Shown here in pieces: positions 40,544 to 51,640 of a stretch of DNA of 64,000 nucleotides. The stretch is from Octopus vulgaris (taxonomy: Eukaryota), in contig OX597817.1 of the NCBI GenBank assembly GCA_951406725.2, positions 8,184,001 to 8,248,000 of the forward strand. Reading direction: 5' to 3'. The translations under genes were made by a program, and so were the position numbers. The stretch's first letter is position 1. Every line of letters starts with the position of its first letter. The notes under the pieces were generated by a model. It worked only from the letters and a program-made list of their open reading frames with translations. It did no database searches and was not told where the DNA came from.

Positions 40544-40755
40544 CATATATATTCATATATCTATATGTATACATTTATATACATATATATGATTGCATAT
40601 GTGTGTATATGCATATTCACACATACACATAAATATTTATATATATAAAAAAAAACTGTTTTATAAGCACACTTGTGAAATGGTATCACCTGTCAATTAT
40701 CTAATGCTTATGCTATTTACAGAGGTGAACTAAAGTACCTGATTATGCATATATT

Positions 40756-40986
40756 TATTTCTTTACTGCCCACAGGATGATAAACATAGAGGGGACAAAC
40801 AAGGACAGACAAAAGGACTAAGTCGATAACATCGATCCCAGTGTGTAACTGGTACTTATTTAATCAACCCCGAAAGGATGAAAGGCAAAGTTGACCTTGG
40901 TGGAATTTGAACACAGAACGTAACGGTGGATGAAATACCACTAGGTATTTCACCTGGTGTGCTAACGATACTACCAGCTCACCGTT
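40756..40986 (-). mobile_element. SINE family B with 18-bp TSD
   Basis: TSD CCTGATTATGCATATATT at 40738-40755 and 40987-41004. Confidence 0.88.
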
Positions 40987-41196
40987 CCTGATTATGCATA
41001 TATTACAGATAGCAAGGAAGGCAGTCAAATGGACTGTAGTAAATCATTTATCTGTTTTAACACTAGCACCTATCTCAGGTGCGTTTGGCTGAGTCAACTT
41101 TATGGTTGGTTTACACATCAGGTGAGTGGATTGCACAACTGCTTGATGCATTGCCATATACAACAGCAACCTACAAAAGTTAAGTGTCCTTAAACA

Positions 41197-41405
41197 TCTT
41201 TACTCTTTTACTTGTTTCAGTCATTTGACTGCGGCCATGCTGGAGCACCGCCTTTTAGTCGAGCAAATCGACCCCGGGACTTATTCTTTTGTAAGCCCAG
41301 TACTTATTCTAGCAGTCTCTTTTGCTGAACCGCTAAGTGACAGGGACGTAAACACACCAGCATCGGTTGTCAAGCAATGCTAGGAGGACAAACACAGACA
41401 CACAA

Positions 41406-41456
<51 letters not shown>

Positions 41457-41622
41457 TACGACAGGCTTCTTTCAGTTTCCGTCTACCAAATCCACTCACA
41501 AGGCTTTGGTCGGCCCGAGGCTATAGCAGAAGACACTTGCCCAAGATGCCACGCAGTGGGACTGAACCCAGAACCATGTGGTTGGTTAGCAAGCTACTTA
41601 CCACACAGCCACTCCTGCGCCT
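41197..41622 (-). mobile_element. tRNA-derived SINE, family A
   Basis: Full-length family head, body and tail. Confidence 0.9.
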
Positions 41623-41934
41623 ATCTTAAGTATCATGACATGACAAGTTAAAGGAATTATCTATTTAACCCTTCAGCATTCAGCTTACTCTGTCAAACGT
41701 AATGCTTATTTATTTGGAGTGTTTTGAATGAAGCATGCATGATCTTGCAACTTTGAGATTTCAATGACGTAACAGTTCATTTATAGAATGACATTGTAAG
41801 GTAGGTGTAAGAGGTTAGATCTGGCCAGCTTGAACATAAAACAGGTAGAAAATTTGAACTGGATACTAGAAGGTCAAACTACTCTCTTTACTGAGCTTTG
41901 TTTTTTTTTTGTTATTGTTTATATTTTGCTTTAA

Positions 41935-42154
41935 CCCTTTAGCATTTAAACCGGCCATATCTGGCCAAAAGTATTCTGCTTGTTTTATGTTCAAACTGGC
42001 CATATCTGGTCTCTCACACCAAACCTACAATATCGTTTTAAAAATTAACAGCTACCTCATCAAAATCTCATAGCTACAAGATAATGCATGATTAGTTCAA
42101 AACAATGTGGAAAAAAAGGATTAATTTTGGCAGAATAATGCGAACACTAAAGGG
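41935..42154. mobile_element. piggyBac-like MITE (second, partial inverted copy at ~41669-41880)
   Basis: TTAA|CCCTTTAG ... CTAAAGGG|TTAA. Confidence 0.75.
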
Positions 42155-42191
42155 TTAAAGCAGTGAGCTGGCAGAATTGTTAGCAGAAAGG

Positions 42192-42241
<50 letters not shown>

Positions 42242-42404
42242 GATTATGATTATGATTATTATGATTATTATGATTATTATGATTATGATTATTATGATTA
42301 TGATTATTATGATTATGATTATGATTATGATTATGATTATTATTATTATTATTATGATTATGATTATGATTATTATGATTATGATTATTATGATTATGAT
42401 TATG

Positions 42405-42436
<32 letters not shown>

Positions 42437-42506
42437 GATTATGATTATGATTATTATGATTATGATTATGATTATTATGATTATGATTATTATGATTATG
42501 ATTATG

Positions 42507-42538
<32 letters not shown>

Positions 42539-42581
42539 GATTATGATTATGATTATTATGATTATGATTATTATGATTATG

Positions 42582-42619
<38 letters not shown>

Positions 42620-42689
42620 GATTATGATTATGATTATTATGATTATGATTATGATTATTATGATTATGATTATTATGATTATGATTATG

Positions 42690-42721
<32 letters not shown>

Positions 42722-42944
42722 GATTATGATTATGATTATTATGATTATGATTATTATGATTATGATTATGATTATTATGATTATGATTATGATTATTATG
42801 ATTATGATTATTATGATTATGATTATTATTATTATTATTATTATTATTATGATTATGATTATGATTATTATGATTATTATGATTATTATGATTATGATTA
42901 TTATGATTATGATTATTATGATTATGATTATGATTATGATTATG

Positions 42945-42979
<35 letters not shown>

Positions 42980-43421
42980 GATTATGATTATTATGATTAT
43001 GATTATTATTATTATTATTATTATTATTATGATTATGATTATGATTATTATGATTATGATTATGATTATTATGATTATGATTATTATGATTATGATTATT
43101 ATGATTATTATGATTATTATGATTATTATGATTATTATGATTATGATTATTATGATTATGATTATTATGATTATGATTATGATTATGATTATGATTATTA
43201 TTATTATTATTATGATTATGATTATGATTATTATGATTATGATTATGATTATGATTATTATGATTATTATGATTATTATGATTATTATGATTATTATGAT
43301 TATGATTATTATGATTATGATTATTATGATTATGATTATGATTATGATTATGATTATTATTATTATTATTATGATTATGATTATGATTATTATGATTATG
43401 ATTATTATGATTATGATTATG

Positions 43422-43453
<32 letters not shown>

Positions 43454-43739
43454 GATTATGATTATGATTATTATGATTATGATTATGATTATGATTATGA
43501 TTATTATGATTATGATTATGATTATGATTATGATTATTATTATTATTATTATGATTATGATTATGATTATTATGATTATGATTATTATGATTATGATTAT
43601 GATTATGATTATTATGATTATGATTATGATTATGATTATGATTATTATTATTATTATTATGATTATGATTATGATTATTATGATTATGATTATTATGATT
43701 ATGATTATGATTATTATTATTATTATTATTATCATTATT
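42192..43739. repeat. 1.55-kb (ATT)/(ATG) compound trinucleotide array
   Basis: Built only from ATT and isolated ATG triplets. Confidence 0.98.
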
Positions 43740-43963
43740 CAGTAGTTTTATTTTTATTTTTTTTTGCGTGCTTTCACTTCACTACCGAGCGCAGCTCTGT
43801 GTGCCTTGGATATGTGCTGTGATTTGTTGCGAAGCTCTGATGGTTACTGTATTGAAAGTGTTCTGCTTTGGATGTGTGCAGTGCCTAGTAGTGCAATTTT
43901 CTGTATGTTATATGTGTTTGTAAGTCCTGGTGTTTTTGTTATGCATTTGTCTGAATATTTTGA
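43740..43963 (-). mobile_element. R4/Dong-clade non-LTR retrotransposon, 3' end
   Basis: Minus strand encodes ...KTPGLTNTYNIQKIALLGTAHIQSRTLSIQ* (stop 43846-43844), matching the R4/Dong C-terminal IQK..LLGTAHILR motif. Flanked by (TAA)n on both sides, the known Dong target. Confidence 0.8.
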
Positions 43964-43977
43964 ATTATTATTATTAT

Positions 43978-44056
<79 letters not shown>

Positions 44057-44063
44057 GCTGCTG

Positions 44064-44108
<45 letters not shown>

Positions 44109-44112
44109 TTAC

Positions 44113-44161
<49 letters not shown>

Positions 44162-44174
44162 ATTATTATTATTA
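43964..44174. repeat. (TTA)n/(CTA)n/(CTG)n compound microsatellite
   Basis: Directly visible. Confidence 0.95.
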
Positions 44175-44185
44175 GTATAAAACTC

Positions 44186-44395
44186 TGAGCTAGCAGAATT
44201 GTTAGCAGGCCAGACAAAATGGTTAGCAGTATTTCATCCGTCATTACATACTAAGTTCAAATTTTGTTGAGGTCAACTTTGCCCTTCATTTTTTTCCAAG
44301 TTGATAAAATAAGTACCAGTTGAACAGAAGGGTCCATTTAATCAACTTCGCCCCTTTCCCGAAATTACTGGCCTTGTGCCAAAATTAGAAACCAT
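44186..44395 (+). mobile_element. SINE family B (head duplicated at 42164-42186)
   Basis: GAGCTAGCAGAATTGTTAGC...GTTCAAATT...GATAAAATAAGTACCAGTTGA. Confidence 0.75.
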
Positions 44396-44856
44396 TATTT
44401 CTCTCCTGTTCTGCCCTGCCCTGTCCTGCTATGTTGAGAAAAGCCTTGATAGTAATATAAATTACTCTGGAGAGATGAAGAGGCAGGCAAGGTCTTATGC
44501 ATTGTTGACCATTTTGGCCTTTTCCCCTACCAACATTGATTACTATGCATGCAACCATACACATGCACACATACACTCACACATCATTCTTTGTTTCAAC
44601 AAAGACACCATCCCCACTCACACAGAAATACTCACAAATCACAGAAACACACTTTGTTGTTTTAACACTTTCTGATTTAATTGAATTTAACAGTTCATTT
44701 TTGCCTTCTTTGTCGGATGCATTTTAACATAAACTAACATCTTTGTTTAGTGGAATTTTGTATTAATTACAAAAAAAATAAACCAACACTTTTTTGACAT
44801 AATTATATTAAATTAGATAGCTGGTATATATGGACATACATACATACATATACATA

Positions 44857-44896
<40 letters not shown>

Positions 44897-44928
44897 CACA
44901 TACACACACACACATATATATATATATA

Positions 44929-45014
44929 TATGGAGCAATAAGGAAATGGAGGGGATCAATAGGTAGTTCTGATGAACCACCTATTGATCCTCTCCATTTT
45001 CTTATTGCTCTATA
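44929..45014 (+). repeat. 41-bp stem hairpin with TGAT loop at the start of (TA)n-flanked insert 44929-45183
   Basis: 37 Watson-Crick pairs, 3 G-U and 1 A-C on the plus strand; the loop overlaps CTGATGA. Confidence 0.9.
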
Positions 45015-45181
45015 AATTAATGGTAAAATATCTCTTTACCTTTGCCCATTTAGTACATTCGGTAATGTAATTGCAATGCAATAAAAAACACTTGTGCATT
45101 AATAATTGGGTATTCTACCAGCAGTATATTGGATAGATATTATCCCTTAATGGATTGGGTTCACAACCTCTAACTTTCTTC

Positions 45182-45218
<37 letters not shown>

Positions 45219-45257
45219 TACATATATGAATGTATGTGTGTATATATATATATGTAT

Positions 45258-45770
45258 ATAAAACTTAGATATGTTTCGACTGAAGATTGGTCCAGGCTAT
45301 GTCTAATTTAATAGCACCACCTGATAGGATTATCTAAATCTTTTTTAAGTTAAGTTTTGTGGTATTATGGTCCATTCAAGTAGTGAGCTCTTGTTGAGTG
45401 AGTTGTATCCAGGTATAGGTGGCTTACCTGGTATTCCTTGAAGAAATTTGTCCAGACACCGTTTAAAGGTGATGGGATCCTTTTCCTCTTTGATCAGTTT
45501 TGGGACAATGTTAAACAGGGCAGGGCCTGTTGAGGTAAAGAAATTGTGTTGCAGTGCACCTATATGTTGTGATGCTGAATTGGGCAGAGGACATGTAGCC
45601 CTTGGTTCCAGCCTTGGATGAACCTTGAAACTAATGTTCAGGTCGTTTGGGCAATGCTGGCGGTATATTCTCTACATCATGCAAATGATGTACTGCTCAC
45701 GGTGGTGCTGGAGAGAGTAGAGTTTCAAGGCTTTAAAGCGATCCCAGTAATCGAGATCAGTCATGCCCTT
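45258..45770 (-). mobile_element. second CR1-group LINE 3' fragment (pseudogenised)
   Basis: GMTDLDYWDRFKALKLYSLQHHREQYII..*..FTSTGPALFNIVPK...FKRCLDKFLQGIPGKP...SSLLEW. Confidence 0.8.
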
Positions 45771-45829
45771 AATTCATTTAGGGAGTGCCCTCTGGGGTAT
45801 ATACCCCCCCCCCCCACCCTATATATATA

Positions 45830-46682
45830 TAGGGTGCGGGCAATATATTGTCTAAATTACGCAAAAATGAAAATAACACTCACATCTCATTTTAACAGAA
45901 TATTTACCAAAATTACTTAGAAATATCTTGAAATACTCAAGAGTGCATTTATTCAATAAAATCACCATTGGCTTTACCCACAGCCTCAAGATGACTTCAG
46001 AATCTCCTGAAACTCTTCTGGGTGGTCTCCTTGTTTAAGTTGGTGAATGCTGTGATAACACATGCCTTCAGTTCATCTTTGGTGTTACAAGGAGTTTTGC
46101 TGATCTCTCACTCAACTGCCCACCATACATGATAATCAAGTGGGTTGCAGTTTGGAGAGTTAGGTAGCCTGATGTTAGGGGTGGTGCGGTCACAGAAATT
46201 GTCTGACAGCCATGACTGGGTTCTCCTGTCTGTGTGGCATGGTGTAGAGTCCTGTTGCCAGACACTGGGATCTTCCAGCAGCCACCTCTTGGCCCAGGGC
46301 AGCACTACCTCCTCCACACACTTAATGTAGGCCTCTGTGTTGAGAAGATGAGCGAAAGCATAACATTGTCATCACTAGTGGTCACTCCAAACACCATGAT
46401 GTTGACTGGATGTTTACATGTCCTCAGATTGCACTGTCCTTTGATTGACATCCAAGCACTCTAAAATGTTCATACTGAAGCTTCCAGCATGAATGCCAAG
46501 CAGTACAGCATGTCATTTCCAAATTTCTGGTGGAGAGAATTGCGTCAGGGAACTTTTTTTTTGCTCACAGACAGTGCCCAACTAACTCTACTATACTGTG
46601 TAGTTGGCAAAATCACAAACAAAGAATTCACATCTGCAACATTAGGAATATAAAATGGTGACAAGTTACCCATCACACTCTG
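45830..46682 (-). mobile_element. decayed Tc1/mariner transposon (maT/DD37D-like), internally deleted
   Basis: WQQDSTPCH...TQSWL...PNSPNCNPLDYHVW transposase catalytic remnants. Imperfect TIRs TAGGGTGCGGGCAATATATTGTC / GACAAGTTACCCATCACACTCTG in TA context. Confidence 0.82.
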
Positions 46683-46694
46683 TATACACACACG

Positions 46695-46729
<35 letters not shown>

Positions 46730-46894
46730 GTTCACATACACTCATTCTTTATACATACATATCTATGAGATGTATTTCTTTGGATTGACATGCATGGATT
46801 AAATACACATGCACTCCAGCGACGGTTCATCATTGGGAAAAGCATATAGTATTTTGTGAGTGGGGTGAGTTTTCATCACAAGCTGGTGATTAAC

Positions 46895-46937
46895 ACATGC
46901 TGAAGATGAGTAACCACCCAGAAACTCGAGTCCATGT
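46895..46937 (+). ncRNA. intact minimal type I hammerhead ribozyme (palindromic stem III)
   Basis: ACAUG CUGAAGA UGAGU aacc ACCCA GAAA CU cg AG UC^ CAUGU; all conserved core nucleotides present, GUC cleavage triplet at 46930-46932. Confidence 0.8.
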
Positions 46938-47112
46938 CTATCATGTAAGGCTAAGGATGGGAGGAATGACCTCTCCTCACAAATATTTATCAGACACAGA
47001 AAGTGTGTCATTAGCCAGCTGGAAGAGATGTGTTCCTGGTGCTATAAACGCCAGTAGCACTGTCCTGTATAGGATGCCACACTTGGTTGGCAATTATATG
47101 TTTTATATATAT

Positions 47113-47356
47113 ATAAGGATAAGATCGTTAATTTAAATTAAATATTGATCTTATCAAGTGGTCAGCATGGGAATAAAAACCTTCAAAGGTAATAATTATC
47201 ATTAAAATTTTAATTTAGGGTATCTACGAGATACTGCCATGCTGAAAATAGCAGCTAAAATCTGACTCTAAAACCACATTAAATATTTATACAGCACAAG
47301 GACAGAAGACATGGCTGCTATTTTCAGCATGGTGGTATCTTGTAGATACCCTAAAT

Positions 47357-47366
<10 letters not shown>
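47113..47366 (-). mobile_element. (TA)n-flanked structured element with fold-back (arms ~47203-47256 / 47313-47366)
   Basis: Inverted arms plus internal helices that covary with those of 40107-40407. Confidence 0.65.
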
Positions 47367-47392
<26 letters not shown>

Positions 47393-48419
47393 CTGTATGT
47401 GTGTGTTTGTATATATGTGTAATATTGTAATGTTATATCATCATCATTATTTAATGTCCATTTTCCATGTCCACATGGGTTGAATGATTAAACAGAATCT
47501 GATGAGCCACAGCGAAGCATTGATTTCCAATATTAGCTTTGGTATGGTTTCCACTGCTCTATATTCTTCCTAATTCCAATCACATTACATATGTACAAGA
47601 TATTTGTTAGGTAGGTACAAGGTGTTTGTTTCATGACATCAGTGCCACTCCAGTGAAGTCACCAAGTAACTGACAAGAAATTAAGAATAAAAGAAAACCC
47701 TTCCTTGACTTATGGTGTTGTTTTTGAGCAAGGCTGAGGTAGTTTTATGCCAGGTATTGAGTGAATAGCTAAAGCATGATAGAGAAATGAGCACAAATGT
47801 TTTGCTATAGGTGATACATTGCTACTTGACATTATGTATGTGGGTGGGAGTAGTTGAAAAGAAGGTAGGGGTGGTAGGGACGAGATTCTAGAGAATCTCA
47901 AGATATAAGAATACATGAACAGTGTATCGGGAAGTAGGTGGGTAATTTTATGAGTGTCAGATGGGAGTAACAGATGGTTAAAGCTAAGAATAGAGATGAA
48001 TATAGTGAGTGATGAACAAGGACAGAGGTAGGGTTGATGAGAAATATCAGTATGGAAGTTGATAAGGTGAGTTGAAAGAGACAGATGTGGCTCAGTAAGG
48101 AGGATAGATGAGAACATAGATGGATGATGTGCAAGATGATGTACAGTGATGGAGATGGAGGTCAGAGGTACATAAGGGTGGCTATCAGGAGTTGTCTGTC
48201 AACAGCAGTGGAACATTGATGGGGAATATGAGAAGACATTGAAATGATAGCAAGTATAAGAGCTGTAAAAACTGAGGTGTGGCAATTCTAAGATGAAACC
48301 CAGAGAAGAGAGAAAGATAAGTGAAGGCACGGACGGGAGTGATAGGGGAAAGATCGTACTGGGAGAGGATGATAATGAGTAAGAAGAATGGATGCTAAGA
48401 GGGAATGTCAATTGATAGC

Positions 48420-48463
<44 letters not shown>

Positions 48464-48701
48464 AACACACACACATGCACTCAGAATCGCACATCAAAGG
48501 ATTGGTATGTGGCCTTGTGGCTATGAATTTCTCTTTGGAGCCACATGGTTCTGGACCCAGTATACGTATAATTACATATACATACATACCTACCAGGTAT
48601 GCATGCATACTTATATGTATACATATGTATGTGTGTGTATATATATATACACACCTATATGTATACATATATAGACACACACATGTATATATATATATAC
48701 T

Positions 48702-48732
<31 letters not shown>

Positions 48733-48756
48733 ATTTATGTGTATGTATATATATAT

Positions 48757-48842
<86 letters not shown>

Positions 48843-49249
48843 TCATATATATATATATATATGCATGTATCTATGTATGCATATGTTCGATCTTCATGTA
48901 ATTATGTACATATATAAATGTATGTGTATACATGTATGTGTATGAATATATTTAATTATGTTCATGTAGCTACGTACACACACACACACACACACATATA
49001 TATTATATAATTATATATGTAAGTGTGTGTGCATATATATGTGTGTGTAAGTGTGTGTGTGTATGTGTGTGTGTGTATTTGTGTGAGTGTATGAGTGTGT
49101 GAGCCTGTGTGCGTGTGTTTGTAGAATTTCTTCTCTTCTCTAATATTCCAGGCCTTTTGAGTGGATTTGGTCAAAAGAATATTAATATATATATATATTT
49201 ATATATGTATGTATGTATACAAATAGATAGATAATAGATAGACAGAGAG

Positions 49250-49583
49250 ATACATGTACATACATACATGTACATACATACATACATACATACATACATA
49301 CACACACACATACATACATACATACATACATACATACACACACATACATACATACATACATACATACATACATACATACATACATACACACACACACATA
49401 CATACATGCATATATACATACATACACACACACATACATACATACATACACACCTACATACATACATACATACATACATACATACATACATACATACATA
49501 CATACATGCATACATGCATGCATACACACACACATACATACATACATACACACACTCATACATACATACATACATACATACAT
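49250..49583. repeat. (TACA)n tetranucleotide microsatellite
   Basis: Directly visible; further CA/TA/TG tracts at 48420-49110. Confidence 0.95.
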
Positions 49584-50429
49584 AGCGAATTGGAGTCGTT
49601 AGAACTTCACTGTTTTTGTTCCGAATCTCTGCGTTCAGAGTTCCAATCCCGCTGAGGTCAAACTTTACTTTTCCTCTTTTTGTACTCAATACAAGGTACT
49701 TATCTAAAGCAGTGGGTTGGCGGGTTTGTAGGAACTTCGGACCGAATACCTTTTGGTATTTGTTCCGTTTCTTTGCTTTCTGAATTATAATCTGGCTACG
49801 ATGTACTTGTTTGGTAATCTCAACCCGCTGCCTGGTTTAACACCACCAGCTGGTACTTTGGACGCCTTAAGCAGAGTCTAATCAGTTGCAAGAATTCAGT
49901 TCAGGTTTCTAGTTTGAGGTTTCTCACACCAGTCTAGGAGGGCCTATATCAAGTCATGGGCATTACCTTCCTCACTTACTGAAAGATTAAAAAGAAATGA
50001 AAGTGACAAAAAAAAAAAAAGAAAAAAAAAAACCTACTATTCTTCGAAGGTATTTTTCTCGGTGACAGTAACATTTACGATTTCTTCTGATTCTCTCATT
50101 CATCCCACATCGATACTGCCGGTGCAAAAACAGTAATTTACAGTCTTTAACTCTCTTTATAAACTCCAATCCTACATGCATCCCCTGATCAACATTCAAG
50201 CACTCCAAATATCCTTGATATCTTTCTAACCTCCAAACCTAGTCTATATGTAAATATAATTCTCTCCGCACCTATTGAATCATTCAGCCACAACCTCATT
50301 GCAAGTTCCCTACACACACATCCACAGACTATCTACTGCGTAGTACGTTCCACAGCTGTTTGGCGCTCCGCCAGTTTTATGCCAATTAACTCTGGTAGCG
50401 TAAACGTTTAATTCCTGACCCATCCAGAA

Positions 50430-51640
50430 ACAGATAGATGTTTCCTAAGCATGTCCAACTATATTCTGCACTCAACAAAAATCCAATGCTCCATGTTCCC
50501 CAGGGTAATTCACTCATAATTATGCTAAAACTGCTCAAGTAAAAACAAATACCTACAACGTCAGGTGAACGTCAACCATCCTCAGAACTTGAGCGTTTCC
50601 TCAAGGATGCAACATCTGTAATGCCATATTCTAAACCTCAATAGATGACTTCATACACCTTACAGCCCTCAATCTATCAGGATTTTCAAGCTGCATAAAA
50701 TCCTTTTCAATCTGTCAACATCACAACAATGATGTTTCTGTAAAAAGTACCCTCGCAGATGTTTCTGTAAGTAGTACCATCTTTTCTATCTCTTTCCCAA
50801 CCAACTCTACACTTTACACATTTGGCAAATCTCCTCCAATTCTTTCCCCTTCTATCCATTCACGCCCACCACCTCGCATACACACATTCTTCCAGGCCGC
50901 GTATTTGAACTACGCCCAGAACGTCGAGTCTCTGGAATTCCATCTCTGTTCATATCTTTCCTGCAGATATTGACTTAAACAAAGATTCAAGAGAAACATT
51001 AATACCATCAGAGTCGTCAGTCTAAGAGGGCATGCAAAGGCTATGGACACTGCTCCTTCATCCAGATCCAGCAAATTAAAACTAGAGACCTCTGGCAACG
51101 ATTAAGCTTTTTTCGCATGATATTGGTATAATGTCGAAATTTCAGTACCGTAGAGAAAGACTGCATTGTAAACTTTAATTCGGTATCTATGCAAATAACA
51201 GGTTTGACATAATATCCTGAGCCACAGTCTTCCAAAAGTTGCACTCGTTCTTCTAATAGGTAACGACAGTTCAGCCGGCATTTGAGGGCAGTGTACTTGT
51301 AGGATATTCAAATGGTGACAGACGGTTATGTGATAATCATACAGGCATTTCTCTACTGTCAAATTGCCGGCAAAATCTTGGTGAGAATACCTCAGTTATT
51401 TAGTTTCTCCCCCACCCCCTCCCATCATACATTCGCTACTTTCTTCCTCTTACTCCATTTCAGTTCTGCAAACGTCCTTTTCTCTACCCACTCCGTTGGT
51501 CATGTTGCTCTGAACAAACAGGAACAGCGTAGTGAAGACACCTTGCTTTGCAGTGTAGTGCAGCCTCATTTCAATTTTTTTGGAGTGGTCCACTATCAAA
51601 GAGTCTTAGGAAAATTAGCTGAAGTGGTTTAGCTACAGTC
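50430..51640 (-). mobile_element. highly decayed RTE-clade LINE fragments
   Basis: SATFGRLW..I...RIKVYNAVFLYGTEISTLYQYHAKKLNR resembles the RTE post-RT region (ASAAFGRL...KIKVY.AVV...LLYGCETW); weaker remnants on either side. Confidence 0.6.

Noticed and set aside
42155-43745. 522-526 aa poly-Ile/Met ORFs on both strands
   Set aside because: They are stop-free frames of an ATT/ATG microsatellite, with no protein-like complexity or splice context.
47493-47530. CTGATGA-GC-caca-GC-GAAG hammerhead-like string
   Set aside because: It has GAAG instead of GAAA, no valid stem III or UH triplet, and lies in a decayed family-C SINE tail. Other isolated CTGANGA hits (18318, 20810, 31193, 32277, 35133) also lack helices.
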